Virus record (IMG/VR): IMGVR_UViG_3300002835_000117
Reading direction: 5' to 3' (one strand)
DNA length: 64,000 bases
Source: an uncultured virus (IMG/VR IMGVR_UViG_3300002835_000117)
Lineage: Duplodnaviria; Heunggongvirae; Uroviricota; Caudoviricetes
Part shown: piece after piece, positions 11,401 through 19,868 of the stretch
Numbering within the stretch: the first letter of the stretch is position 1
How the letters are laid out: the number at the start of each line of letters is the position of its first letter
Position numbers and translations under genes: made by a program
Notes under the pieces: model-generated
Databases searched by the model: none
Told to the model about the DNA's origin: nothing
What the model saw: only the letters and a program-made list of their open reading frames with translations

Positions 11401-14098
11401 TAGGTTTACCATTTGATTCTATTATATCAGTCCAACCTGTAGTTTTACCATTTAAAATTTCTAAAATTTCATCAAATCTACTATTAATAATAGATACTTC
11501 ATTAAGTGTTGCTGCTTGATATGTAGTTGTTACCTGAGGAACAAGTGTTTGATATCTAGGAATTAGATCATCTGCAGGTGTAATATTTAAAATAATTTTT
11601 CCTGCTAATTCTTTCAAGTAAGAAATAGCCAGCGTAGTTGTATTGATTTCATCTACAATCGTTGGTGTTAAATCTTGTTGCTTCCAATATTGCAATCCAG
11701 CAAATGTTGATTGACTCCAATTTGCAGTTGGATACAGCATATCAAACGCTATAGAATCAATAATTAATCCAGTGTCTCTGCGGCATTTTATTTCACTATA
11801 AGGGAAACTTGCACCAATTAAGTTATTATTAATATAATTGATAGTTTCTTCTTGCATGAACTTTCTGTTAGCCTGCATTAATATTTCTGCGCTAACAAAT
11901 GCAGAATCAGGTCCAGTACTTTGATATAAATCTGGTTTTGCATCAGGCCCGTCATTAATAATATCTGTTATAATAGTAAACAAATTATCTATTGACTGAC
12001 TTGCTATTTCTCCACCAGTTAAAACCCAGTTAATGACTTGAGAATAATTGTTACTGCCTATAACTGTTGCAGTAGAATTAACAATTATTTGTTGTGTTAA
12101 AGTGCCAAGATAATTAATTGCAGCAGTAGTTTGTGCTTCTTGACCTGCGATTAAACTTACAACTCCATTGTAATATGCCAAGCCACTTTCAACTGATTTT
12201 TGGTTTCCACCGAACGCTGCATCATACGCAACATTTTCAACTAATATTCCAACATCTCTTCTGCACTTTTCTTGGCTATAAGTAAATGATGTATTCGTTG
12301 CAGTATTCCACCAAATACTTGATGTATTTCCTATATTGGTGGTAATTTGATCAGAGATCCAATTAATAACTTGTTCTTGCAAGAAAGGTTTATTTGCTAG
12401 CATTAAAGTTCTAGCATTGAAGAATCCAGGATTTTGCTGTCCTGAATTTATACTCATTCCAGCAGTAATAGTTCCTGTAGTAACTGTAACTAATAAAGTT
12501 GTGGTGTTCTTAACCCAAGTACCAGTGCCAACTGCTTCAGGAATTTGAACTGTTTGATTTGGTTGATATAATGTTCCATCTTTCAACCAAGGTCCGCTCT
12601 GATTTGTACAGTTTTGTACATAAGGAGAATGGAATAAATCAATTCGTTTATCACCTTCTAATGGAGGAAACGCTGTCGCATAGGCTCCTCTATTAAATCC
12701 AGGAGCATATGGGCCTTCTAATAATCCACTTCGACCATTTAAAAATGTCATGTAGTTTAGATAACATCCACTATCTACATGGAATAAATCTTGTGTTTTA
12801 TTAATTGGTTCAATAAATGTAGTTCTAATGTCAGAACCACGAATACTTGTATAAGGTTTTAATCTTAATGGATTATCTTCAAGATAACGCCCGGCGCTGA
12901 CTAAAATCTGTGTACCTGGTTGATAATACGGACTGTTTAATGCACCTCCAATTGTACGACATGCTCGGCTAGAATCTTGCGCACGACCGTCATTGGTATC
13001 ATTTCCGTCAACAGTGACATACAATGTATTTGTAACTACTGGTGCAGTACCAACTGGATTAGTACCACGAACTCTAATATCACCAATAATCTCAGTTAAA
13101 GGATCTTTTGGTATAATTTGTATACTACCTGTCGTGGATCTAATAATTTTAGTGTATAAATTTTCAATGAATCCGTCTGTCCACTGCCTATTTTCTTGAC
13201 CAATTGTACCAGTAGAATCTACTTGAGGTAATACATTTGTCGCTGTTACATTTCCGCCAACATAAGCATCTTGAGCAACATTAATATTTTCTCCGACAAA
13301 TACATTTTTTTGTATTCCAGCTCCGCCAACAACTTGCAAAGCACCTGTTAAAGTACTAGTCGCTTGATCTGTTTCAGCAACGATTATTCTATCTGTGGTA
13401 ATTCTTCCTAAGAAAGGATTATAATTTAATCCGTCTTCAGTTCCTATTTCATCAATAAAAACTGCACTTTGATTTGAAGGATCTTCGTTAATGAAAATTA
13501 ATTTTAGTTCTTGATCTATATTTGTTGCAGTATAATCAACGAAAGTTGTTGTGTTTGCAGTTTCGATTCTACCATAAATGTATCCGCCGACGTTTAAATC
13601 TTTTTCAATACCAACACCGCCAGCAATATATAATGCACCTTGTTCTCGTTGTTCTTTTGTACCGTAAACATCATTTGGATCGTATGGTCGTCCTTGTGGT
13701 GAAGGTAAGTACGGATTCCAAACGTTTTCTGTATTAGTAATTGTGTTTCTGTAAGTAGTACCTGTTCCTAAAGTCAAAAAACTTCCTACATATAACCTAT
13801 TCCAATAATTTTCTTGGGAGCCAATATCGTAAGTTTCTTCTTCTTGAGGAATTAAGTTATTAATAAACTGTGCAATAGGGTTAATTGTATCAGCATCAGT
13901 GTTACCGAATATAGAGTTATTATTAACAGTTAAATCTCTTTCAACTGTGGCATTTTGATCAACAAACAGATCTCCCGTCACCCTAGTTTTGGGAGATTGT
14001 AAAATAATGTTACTATTCGGCACAAAAACTAATACATAACCGTCTAGGGCCTTAATTACATAATTTCCGGGATAATTTGATACATTAGTAAGTGACAT
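8462..14098 (-). CDS. Large virion structural protein (1878 aa) with a putative beta-helix region and five CxRD helical repeats
   Basis: LYVTVDGNDTNDG...RTIGGAL motif typical of the start of pectin-lyase-like beta-helix domains; repeats KCxRDxGxxxxxxxYDxxxGG; N-terminal GALxVxGG fibre repeats. Confidence 0.65.
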   Translation of the reverse strand: MSLTNVSNYPGNYVIKALDGYVLVFVPNSNIILQSPKTRVTGDLFVDQNATVERDLTVNNNSIFGNTDADTINPIAQFINNLIPQEEETYDIGSQENYWNRLYVGSFLTLGTGTTYRNTITNTENVWNPYLPSPQGRPYDPNDVYGTKEQREQGALYIAGGVGIEKDLNVGGYIYGRIETANTTTFVDYTATNIDQELKLIFINEDPSNQSAVFIDEIGTEDGLNYNPFLGRITTDRIIVAETDQATSTLTGALQVVGGAGIQKNVFVGENINVAQDAYVGGNVTATNVLPQVDSTGTIGQENRQWTDGFIENLYTKIIRSTTGSIQIIPKDPLTEIIGDIRVRGTNPVGTAPVVTNTLYVTVDGNDTNDGRAQDSSRACRTIGGALNSPYYQPGTQILVSAGRYLEDNPLRLKPYTSIRGSDIRTTFIEPINKTQDLFHVDSGCYLNYMTFLNGRSGLLEGPYAPGFNRGAYATAFPPLEGDKRIDLFHSPYVQNCTNQSGPWLKDGTLYQPNQTVQIPEAVGTGTWVKNTTTLLVTVTTGTITAGMSINSGQQNPGFFNARTLMLANKPFLQEQVINWISDQITTNIGNTSSIWWNTATNTSFTYSQEKCRRDVGILVENVAYDAAFGGNQKSVESGLAYYNGVVSLIAGQEAQTTAAINYLGTLTQQIIVNSTATVIGSNNYSQVINWVLTGGEIASQSIDNLFTIITDIINDGPDAKPDLYQSTGPDSAFVSAEILMQANRKFMQEETINYINNNLIGASFPYSEIKCRRDTGLIIDSIAFDMLYPTANWSQSTFAGLQYWKQQDLTPTIVDEINTTTLAISYLKELAGKIILNITPADDLIPRYQTLVPQVTTTYQAATLNEVSIINSRFDEILEILNGKTTGWTDIIESNGKPSNFLSVQNATNNLRSNIDYMANEVTAYVDYVTSGTGFVYNTATCQRDVGYIIDAVAFDLLHGGNRQSIQNGLYYYGFSVTTSSVEAQQSQTIEAFEYLSLLSNQVIQNIPVTPKQNKVKQVFTQVTATVSESAILNSAINVINGIITGTSAVALPPQSIAFTASTVTNVLEAFDNLYANKEFLVEEVIAYIDQTYNPTAFNYDEAKCYRDIGLLIDAVSQDILLGGNQKSVEAGLAYWSAGYNYVSGQVTTTTLAINYVSFLSTMTAANEVITPQTNTDATQVINLFFDYGYEYGPQEAIKRNFNIITTIIEKGPQYAPPVYAGGGLFALTGLNGSDVIISPQVTAVYTASTGTYLIGLNTSTVGFGTNATLYFGDTTIFPYTDAEVEKLSFELTGNTSTWNQRKVDTIGSMGGSLVDGAVISDRSPIQSFVYDAFTQVNQGGRGIHITNDGYAQLVSVFTIFCSVGVQTDNGGIASIVNSNANFGDICLLSKGFGKRKFSGTIYNPPGKAFDTNTGARNPDFDQFFPDGYWPKAAKVEVFIPDLADRPHISLIMEVEPPEGHLNEQLLPGFLNAAPNKSTLTTGTIVITDIDTEGIAIGNSLYIRDQNNNRFYADTGTVVTDVGYRSVTLNKALISGGGDPNNPNFFDLYFCGNAYYTVLSSDVAVNPKTNGINLLSTASTGLVYDQVEPHADAIRFLNSLTLKVIDNQPITPLNTSTTYTPDPMVKGGSQAANFINLRFGEILSILTATNVTSAEAIIPERLRNKKGTQPLGAGNAATLISRNIEFLADEVSAYTTNTYAGTIFNGISQSTYDMIVEKCQRDVKLILRRLVYDLETGGRYNSVMSGLSYWSRNGTHHLVDLGENVRRTDLFPDGSTINFYQRSYMSASGYVFEYVGAGVTYGALPQRGRADPVQGKETVQLSGGKVFFTSTDQNGDFRIGPGLVISQATGVLSGRTFTKSLFANMTPFILAIEGGGT

Positions 14099-14116
14099 TT
14101 ATTCGATCCTCAGATG

Positions 14117-14124
14117 TATTTATT
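14117..14124 (-). promoter_or_regulatory. T4-type late promoter core (AATAAATA)
   Basis: Intergenic, ~20 nt upstream of the 14098 start with a GAGGA SD between. Confidence 0.5.
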
Positions 14125-14125
14125 T

Positions 14126-14650
14126 TTAATGGATTCTTATTTGTACCGTGTCTATCATTGCAGAATTTTTATGAGGCCATCTTGGATGACTCATAAATCT
14201 TAAAACAATTCCGAATGAATTGTTAATAACACCTGAGTTTGATATGTTTGTTTCCCATAAGTCATTTTCGTTTCCATAAATTTTAATTGGTGCTAAATCT
14301 AAATTTGCTTTATTATCTCCAATTAATTTGTCATTGAGACACAATTGAATGGTATCATCAGTTATTCTACCGAATCTATTCATTGTAATTTTTACTTCAA
14401 AACCTGATATGTTCGACGGAATATTGATAAAATTAAATCCGGTTAACTTTAAAAAATATGTTTTTTCAACTAAATCTTTTTTTGGATCACGAGCAATGTG
14501 TAATAAGTCTCTTTGAGTTTTAACAAATTTACCGTCTAAATTTTTTAAACTATAAAAGTTGTCAATTTCAGTCCATTGAACATGAGAGGTTTCACTATCT
14601 TCTTCGGAATATTGAATGATGTTTGTAGGTAAAGCCCAATTTGATGTCAT
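14126..14650 (-). CDS. Hypothetical protein (174 aa)
   Basis: Open ORF between terminator and fibre operon, preceded by GGTAAATA (14656-14663); no family recognised. Confidence 0.6.
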   Translation of the reverse strand: MTSNWALPTNIIQYSEEDSETSHVQWTEIDNFYSLKNLDGKFVKTQRDLLHIARDPKKDLVEKTYFLKLTGFNFINIPSNISGFEVKITMNRFGRITDDTIQLCLNDKLIGDNKANLDLAPIKIYGNENDLWETNISNSGVINNSFGIVLRFMSHPRWPHKNSAMIDTVQIRIH

Positions 14651-14668
14651 ACTACTATTTACCTGTAT

Positions 14669-14695
14669 AAAAAAATAGGGGGCGAGCCCCCTATT
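14669..14695 (-). terminator. Rho-independent terminator
   Basis: Minus strand AATAGGGGG-CTCG-CCCCCTATT followed by a T run, just after the stop of 14716..15366. Confidence 0.8.
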
Positions 14696-14715
14696 AATTT
14701 AGATTTAACTAGACA

Positions 14716-15366
14716 TCAATGATTGTCAACTAAGACATCAGTACTGTTTGCTGCATCTAAATTCCATCCAACAGAAGCACCGCTGTTAAAGACAAAACTT
14801 CCACTGGCTGTAGATTGAACAACTACGGCTCTGCGGGCAGTTAATTTTTTAACCCAATAAGTACTTCCATTTCCATCTGTTGCAAGAATATTCATCTGAC
14901 CTGCAACTAGTTGATCTGTATTAGTACTGACTAATCTTGCTACATCTGTACCATTTGCTGTTTGAACACGGTATTTTTTACTTGCTACCTGTTCGTCGAT
15001 GTCTGCAACTAATGCAGAACCGCCTGTTAAAAATGCAGTAGCACGAATAACGTTGCTTACGCTAGTTGTTAATGTAGCAGTTGCACTTCCAATAACACTC
15101 ATACTAGTTCCAGTAAACGAAACTGATGGTACTGTTAGGTATCCAGATCCTGCAGAATCTACTGTTACGCTTGTTACTGTGTTTCCAGTTTTTACAGCAG
15201 TACCAGCAGCAGTTGTTCCGCCCGGCAAGTCCGGTGCACTGAAAACAACGGTAACTGTTAATGTAGATTCAGGGTTTGTTCCAAGTGTAACTAAACTAAC
15301 ACCTTCACCACCTGTACCTGTTCCTTTAGGTACTCCGAAATATTTTGATTTAATAGGACGTCCCAT
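14716..15366 (-). CDS. Putative capsid decoration/head-associated protein
   Basis: Immediately downstream of the MCP, with its own late-promoter core, strong AAGGAG SD and own terminator; Thr/Val/Gly-rich beta composition with a GSGY motif. Confidence 0.55.
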   Translation of the reverse strand: MGRPIKSKYFGVPKGTGTGGEGVSLVTLGTNPESTLTVTVVFSAPDLPGGTTAAGTAVKTGNTVTSVTVDSAGSGYLTVPSVSFTGTSMSVIGSATATLTTSVSNVIRATAFLTGGSALVADIDEQVASKKYRVQTANGTDVARLVSTNTDQLVAGQMNILATDGNGSTYWVKKLTARRAVVVQSTASGSFVFNSGASVGWNLDAANSTDVLVDNH

Positions 15367-15445
15367 TTGTTTTTCTCCTTATATTTGGCGTTCTAGGCCA
15401 TACGCGGTTGGACCTCCGCATAATACTCTAGACTCTGTATTTAAT
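15367..15445 (-). promoter_or_regulatory. Late promoter core (ATTAAATA, 15438-15445) plus structured 5' leader
   Basis: Leader reads TCTAG-AGTAT-TATGCGG-AGGTCCAA-CCGCGTA-TGGC-CTAGA-ACGCC, then AAGGAG SD; can fold as an interrupted hairpin. Confidence 0.5.
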
Positions 15446-15469
15446 AAAAAACCCGCCGAAGCGGGTTTT
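15446..15469 (-). terminator. Rho-independent terminator after major capsid gene
   Basis: Minus strand AAAACCCGC-TTCG-GCGGGTTTTTT: C(UUCG)G tetraloop hairpin with U tract. Confidence 0.9.
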
Positions 15470-15494
15470 GATGGTGTAAAAATCAAGTAGTTGA

Positions 15495-16676
15495 TTACTT
15501 GAAACTTACGTTTGCACTTGTGATTGCAACCTTACCTAAGTAATCAGCAGCGTTACCTAGAGAAGATGCTGTGTTTGTTAACTCAACATATCCGTAACGT
15601 GTTAGGAAGCCAACTACTGGCTCGAATGTTGCTGGATCTAGAACAACACCAGAACTCATTAGAGGAATATATGGGCAATAGAACGCAGCAGCGTCTGCTT
15701 CGCTAGAACCCTTATAACCAACAAGAATTTGGTTGTTGTCGTTTGTGTCGCTCATGTATGCATCAACATAAACACGCATTGCACCATTTAGAGTACCAAC
15801 GAACTTGGTGTTTGTTGGAGCCTCGAATGTGCCTTCTGTTGTACGTGCAAATGCACTGGTTGTTGCGCTCTGTAGAATTGTTAGAGCCTGGTTAGAAACA
15901 ACTGCCCAGTTAGCAGAACCACGACGTGTTCTTTGAGCAATTAAGTTACTTACACGGTTGATTTGAATTGCTAGAGCAGCATGTTCGTCACCAACGAATG
16001 TAGCAGTACCAGAAACTAAAGCCTGGTCGTATGTTTCTTCAACACTTGCTAGAGCACGTAGATTTGTTAAAATCTCTTGGTCAATTTCAGCAGTAATTTC
16101 TTGTGCTAGAGCAGCCATAATTTCTGCTTCGATATCAATACCTTGTTGTGCTTGTGCATCTTGTGCAGCCTCAAAGGTCCAGCGTGCGCTTAGTTTACGA
16201 GACTTAGCTTCGACTGGTGTCTTTAAGATTTGAATGCTCATACGCTTACCTGGTGTACCTTCTAGAGCGGCAGTTGTTGCTGCGCCGCCTGCAGAAGCGT
16301 TATTTCCAGAATATGCTTGAGCAATCTTGAATGGGCTTAGTGCTTCTTCACCTGCTGTCACAACATCACCAGAACCAACACCGTCAGCATAACGAACACG
16401 TAGAGTGTGGATCTGTGCAACAGGTCCTGTCATTGGCTGAACACCAATGATTTCGTTAGCAATAACTGTTGGCATAACACGACGAATAACTGGAAGAATG
16501 ACACGATTTAGTGTAGCAATATTTCCAGCACTTGTTGCACCTGCTGTTGCAGACTCTGCTAAGTAACGACGTGTGTTTTCTAGGCAAACGCCCATAGAAG
16601 CTTTACGGTTACCTTGTAGGCCTTCAAGCAGAGCTTCTTTGGTCTCTGACCATCTTTCATTTAAAAGTTTTGACAT
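15495..16676 (-). CDS. gp23: Major capsid protein (T4 gp23-like)
   Basis: Hallmark motifs IIGVQPMTGP, AKSRKLSARWTFEAAQD, FYCPYIPL, GFLTRYG. Confidence 0.95.
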   Translation of the reverse strand: MSKLLNERWSETKEALLEGLQGNRKASMGVCLENTRRYLAESATAGATSAGNIATLNRVILPVIRRVMPTVIANEIIGVQPMTGPVAQIHTLRVRYADGVGSGDVVTAGEEALSPFKIAQAYSGNNASAGGAATTAALEGTPGKRMSIQILKTPVEAKSRKLSARWTFEAAQDAQAQQGIDIEAEIMAALAQEITAEIDQEILTNLRALASVEETYDQALVSGTATFVGDEHAALAIQINRVSNLIAQRTRRGSANWAVVSNQALTILQSATTSAFARTTEGTFEAPTNTKFVGTLNGAMRVYVDAYMSDTNDNNQILVGYKGSSEADAAAFYCPYIPLMSSGVVLDPATFEPVVGFLTRYGYVELTNTASSLGNAADYLGKVAITSANVSFK

Positions 16677-16695
16677 TTAAGTCTTCTCCTTGAAT

Positions 16696-17787
16696 TTATT
16701 TTGATAGACCCGCCAATTTGCGGATATCTACAATGTTATCTAAGCCTACCTCGGGCTTTACTTCACGGTTGCCTGTTACAGCAGTCCCTTCTGTTAAAGT
16801 AGTTTTCTTTTCTACTTTTGTTTTTGCGCCTTCCATTACTGCGGGTAGGTATTTGTCGAATGCAGAACGTAGTTTTGGTGTTTGAACACTTTCTAACAAT
16901 TCTTGCATTACCCCTCTTTTTTCACCACTAAGTGGTGACATTAATTCGGCCATTAATTGTTTGCGCTCCATTAGATCTTTAGTAACGCGAATTTCACGTT
17001 GTGCAGATTCTACTAAAGTCGACTTTTCTTCAACAGCCTGTTTTGCTTCTGCTAGTTCTTGTTCTTTCTTTTGAATAATCTTTAACAATTTGCTTGTTTC
17101 AGATTTTTCATTTAAGTAAGAACCGGCATACTCCTGTGCAAATGCTTCATAAATTCTTCTTCCAAAATCATTGTTACGAGCACTGTCAATATCTTCCTTA
17201 AGCTGAGTAATTTCAGCAGTAAGTTTCTTAGTCACAGCCTCTTCAACAACTTTTGCGGAACGTTTAATGAATGCAGTTTTGAGTTCTTCAAATTTAGATT
17301 TCGCTTCACGAATAAGTTTAACTTTTGTTTCTGCTAAATCTTGTTTATCGACCGCAAATTCTTTAATTTCTTTAGCAAGTGCGTGTACAATAAACTGTTC
17401 TAATTTTTCAAAATTTTCACCTACCTTACGGCGATCATTTTGAAATTCTACTACTTCTTTACCGAGTTGTTTGATTACAAATCCTTCTAGCTTTTTAGCA
17501 TTCTCATTCATCTTTGAAAGATATGCTGATTTTGCTTCTGCTAGAGCCTTTTTGTCTTCATGCAATTCGGCCATTTCTGCGGCCAATCTGTCGCTTAACA
17601 TTTTGTCGATTGCTTCAACCATAATGTGTTTATCATGATTGTACTTCTGAGCAAATTCTTCACGAAGTTCAGCGGTTACTTGGTCGCGATTCTCTTGTAA
17701 TTTTTGGGCAAGAGCAGTTTCTAACTCAGACTTAACGTCTTCGTTAATTAACCCACTTTCAACCAATTTTTTGAATGCGTCCAACAT
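16696..17787 (-). CDS. gp22: Prohead core scaffolding protein (T4 gp22-like)
   Basis: Glu/Lys-rich coiled coil located between the protease and MCP genes; FGRRIYEAF motif. Confidence 0.8.
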   Translation of the reverse strand: MLDAFKKLVESGLINEDVKSELETALAQKLQENRDQVTAELREEFAQKYNHDKHIMVEAIDKMLSDRLAAEMAELHEDKKALAEAKSAYLSKMNENAKKLEGFVIKQLGKEVVEFQNDRRKVGENFEKLEQFIVHALAKEIKEFAVDKQDLAETKVKLIREAKSKFEELKTAFIKRSAKVVEEAVTKKLTAEITQLKEDIDSARNNDFGRRIYEAFAQEYAGSYLNEKSETSKLLKIIQKKEQELAEAKQAVEEKSTLVESAQREIRVTKDLMERKQLMAELMSPLSGEKRGVMQELLESVQTPKLRSAFDKYLPAVMEGAKTKVEKKTTLTEGTAVTGNREVKPEVGLDNIVDIRKLAGLSK

Positions 17788-17805
17788 TTATATTTCTCCT
17801 CGGGC

Positions 17806-18435
17806 TTATTTTAGACCTTTAATAATATTAAGGAGTGATTCCTTAAGATATTTTTGGGCCTTTGGATCTTCTTTTACTTCTGTAGCAACTCTAAATGCTT
17901 TATTTCCTCCCCTAGTGTTCATCAAATGCTCATAAACAGGAGTCGGATAAGCACCTGGGGCGCTAGGTTGTGCAACTATATCCACAGTAATAATTTCAAA
18001 GTCAGATACTTTGCCAGTCATATCGTCAACGTTGCCGCTGCCTCTACTACTGACGCCAAGTTTTACACCACTTTCAAGCATTGTGCGAATAAGGTTGCCC
18101 ATTGGGGTTGGTAAGATTTTAAACTTACCGTATCCATTAGGACCGTCCATCCACATGTTCATAATCATGTGACTAACACGGTCTAAATTAACTTTAAGAT
18201 CATCTGGATGATCTACTTCTCCAAGAACACTATAACCACTTTCGATCTGTTGATTTAAAGTTTTAACTGCACGTTCAATTTCGTCAACAGGATATACTCG
18301 TTGATTAGCATTTCGAATACCTCCTTGGATAGCAATACCTTTTAAATAAAGATTTTTGCCATCTTTGTCGTCCGACTCCATTATGATACCGGACTGATCA
18401 AAACTTAAATGTTCTTTTAAATATGCAAATTTCAT
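17806..18435 (-). CDS. gp21: Prohead protease (T4 gp21-like)
   Basis: NANQRVYP, LGEVDHP, VSH, GVSSRGSG, DIVAQPSAPGAY motifs. Confidence 0.95.
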   Translation of the reverse strand: MKFAYLKEHLSFDQSGIIMESDDKDGKNLYLKGIAIQGGIRNANQRVYPVDEIERAVKTLNQQIESGYSVLGEVDHPDDLKVNLDRVSHMIMNMWMDGPNGYGKFKILPTPMGNLIRTMLESGVKLGVSSRGSGNVDDMTGKVSDFEIITVDIVAQPSAPGAYPTPVYEHLMNTRGGNKAFRVATEVKEDPKAQKYLKESLLNIIKGLK

Positions 18436-18448
18436 CCAGGTTCTCTAA

Positions 18449-19492
18449 TTACTTGCTATATGGCTTTAAGAATTGCTTGCTTGTTGCAGGATCAATGCTA
18501 GTTTGACCGGCTTTGTCGCCTGTTCCGGAACCTACTGGACCTGGACCTGCGCCCTTCCTCTCGGCACCGTGTCCACCTGCGACTTTGCTTAGGTTTTTAA
18601 CACCCATTTTTCCGCCAGGAACATTTCCTTGTCCTTTGTCAAACTTTTCACCGGATGCTTTTACAACACCATGATTAACTTTGCCAGGACTTGTTCCAGT
18701 ATTACTTTGTCCTTCAACTCCACCTTGAACTAGGTTTCCTGCATTAACACCTGCAGGACCTGGTTTGTTTTTACCGGATGCAATTGGGCTACGGCCTTCT
18801 ACTGGAGCACCATCTTTATCACCTGTTCCTGCTCCGACATATTGACCTTGGCTTTTCATGGAATTTTTGTCCCAATCATTACCAACTTTTTCAACATATT
18901 CACGGGTCATGCGTTTGCCTTCAGCAAACCCCATTTTTAGATCTTCTGGCTTATCGTCACCGGGCATTGCGTCGCCCATGTCACCCATGTCATCCATGCT
19001 GCCCATTTCTCCACCTTTTGCCATTTCTAATTCAGCAAAGGCTGCTTCTAGTTCAGCAATAGCATCTTTAATTCCTGACATGGCATCTTCTTCAGAACCA
19101 GGTTCGTCAGCAGAAATTTCTTTTTCAAAATCGCCAGTTTTTTCTAATCCAGAAGGTTCTACGTCGTCGTCTCCTTCGTCCATGTCGTAAGCATCTTCAA
19201 ATTCGGCGTCGTCCATTCCTTCTTCGACATCATCTTCGGCAGATTCTTCGACATCGTCTTCCATTCCTTCTTCGACATCATCTTCGGCAGATTCTTCGAC
19301 ATCGTCTTCCATTCCTTCTTCGACATCGTCGTCCGTCATACCTTCTTCAACGTCGTCTTCTGCTTCTTCAGCAATTAAATTTTCGTAAATTTCTCTAGAC
19401 TTTTCAACAACGATTTCGTGAAAAAGTTCGTGGGCTTTATCCATTTCTTCGTTGACGACTAAGTCTACAAGTTCTTCAAACTTTTTAGACAT
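18449..19492 (-). CDS. Acidic prohead core protein with VEE repeats and Gly/Lys-rich C-terminus
   Basis: Located between portal and protease; (EEGMEDDVEESAEDDV)n repeats. Confidence 0.65.
   Translation of the reverse strand: MSKKFEELVDLVVNEEMDKAHELFHEIVVEKSREIYENLIAEEAEDDVEEGMTDDDVEEGMEDDVEESAEDDVEEGMEDDVEESAEDDVEEGMDDAEFEDAYDMDEGDDDVEPSGLEKTGDFEKEISADEPGSEEDAMSGIKDAIAELEAAFAELEMAKGGEMGSMDDMGDMGDAMPGDDKPEDLKMGFAEGKRMTREYVEKVGNDWDKNSMKSQGQYVGAGTGDKDGAPVEGRSPIASGKNKPGPAGVNAGNLVQGGVEGQSNTGTSPGKVNHGVVKASGEKFDKGQGNVPGGKMGVKNLSKVAGGHGAERKGAGPGPVGSGTGDKAGQTSIDPATSKQFLKPYSK
19212..19327. repeat. 48-bp coding tandem repeat (16 aa)
   Basis: tccattccttcttcgacatc starts at 19212, 19260 and 19308. Confidence 0.9.
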
Positions 19493-19568
19493 TGCAAATA
19501 TTCTCCTTATTTTGGTTGCGGCAAGGCTGTGTTATTATTTAAAAAATATTAAAAAAATGCAGACGAAA

Positions 19569-19596
19569 TAGGCCAAAAATAGCAATTTTTGACCTA
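19569..19596 (-). terminator. AU-rich hairpin (possible terminator or processing site)
   Basis: Minus strand TAGGTCAAAAAT-TGCT-ATTTTTGGCCTA; 12-bp stem that is fully paired (one G-U) only on the minus strand. Confidence 0.4.
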
Positions 19597-19617
19597 AAAA
19601 ATTAAAAAAAATTATTT

Positions 19618-19860
19618 TTATGGTGCTGCTTCAGGTGGAGGTGCAGCATATATTTTTCTTACCAGTGCCAAATCTTCTTTTCTTTCTTTTTCCCTTGCAT
19701 CGCCTGCTTTTCTTAATTCGTTTAACATTCTAAGAGTTAATCTAGTTTTTCTTAAATCATCAGGATTTAAGACGCTAGTGTCTTTGGAAGATTCATATCG
19801 AGGATCTTCCTGCATTTCTGCATTCTTTTTATCAAAATAAATGAATTCTCTTAAAAACAT
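19618..19860 (-). CDS. Small head-module protein
   Basis: 80 aa directly after the portal gene; N-terminus MFLREF; CATAAATA core at 19866-19873. Confidence 0.6.
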   Translation of the reverse strand: MFLREFIYFDKKNAEMQEDPRYESSKDTSVLNPDDLRKTRLTLRMLNELRKAGDAREKERKEDLALVRKIYAAPPPEAAP

Positions 19861-19868
19861 GATAATAT

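Noticed and set aside
14999..15490. 163-aa plus-strand ORF
   Set aside because: Antisense to the 216-aa gene and runs through its leader and the MCP terminator.
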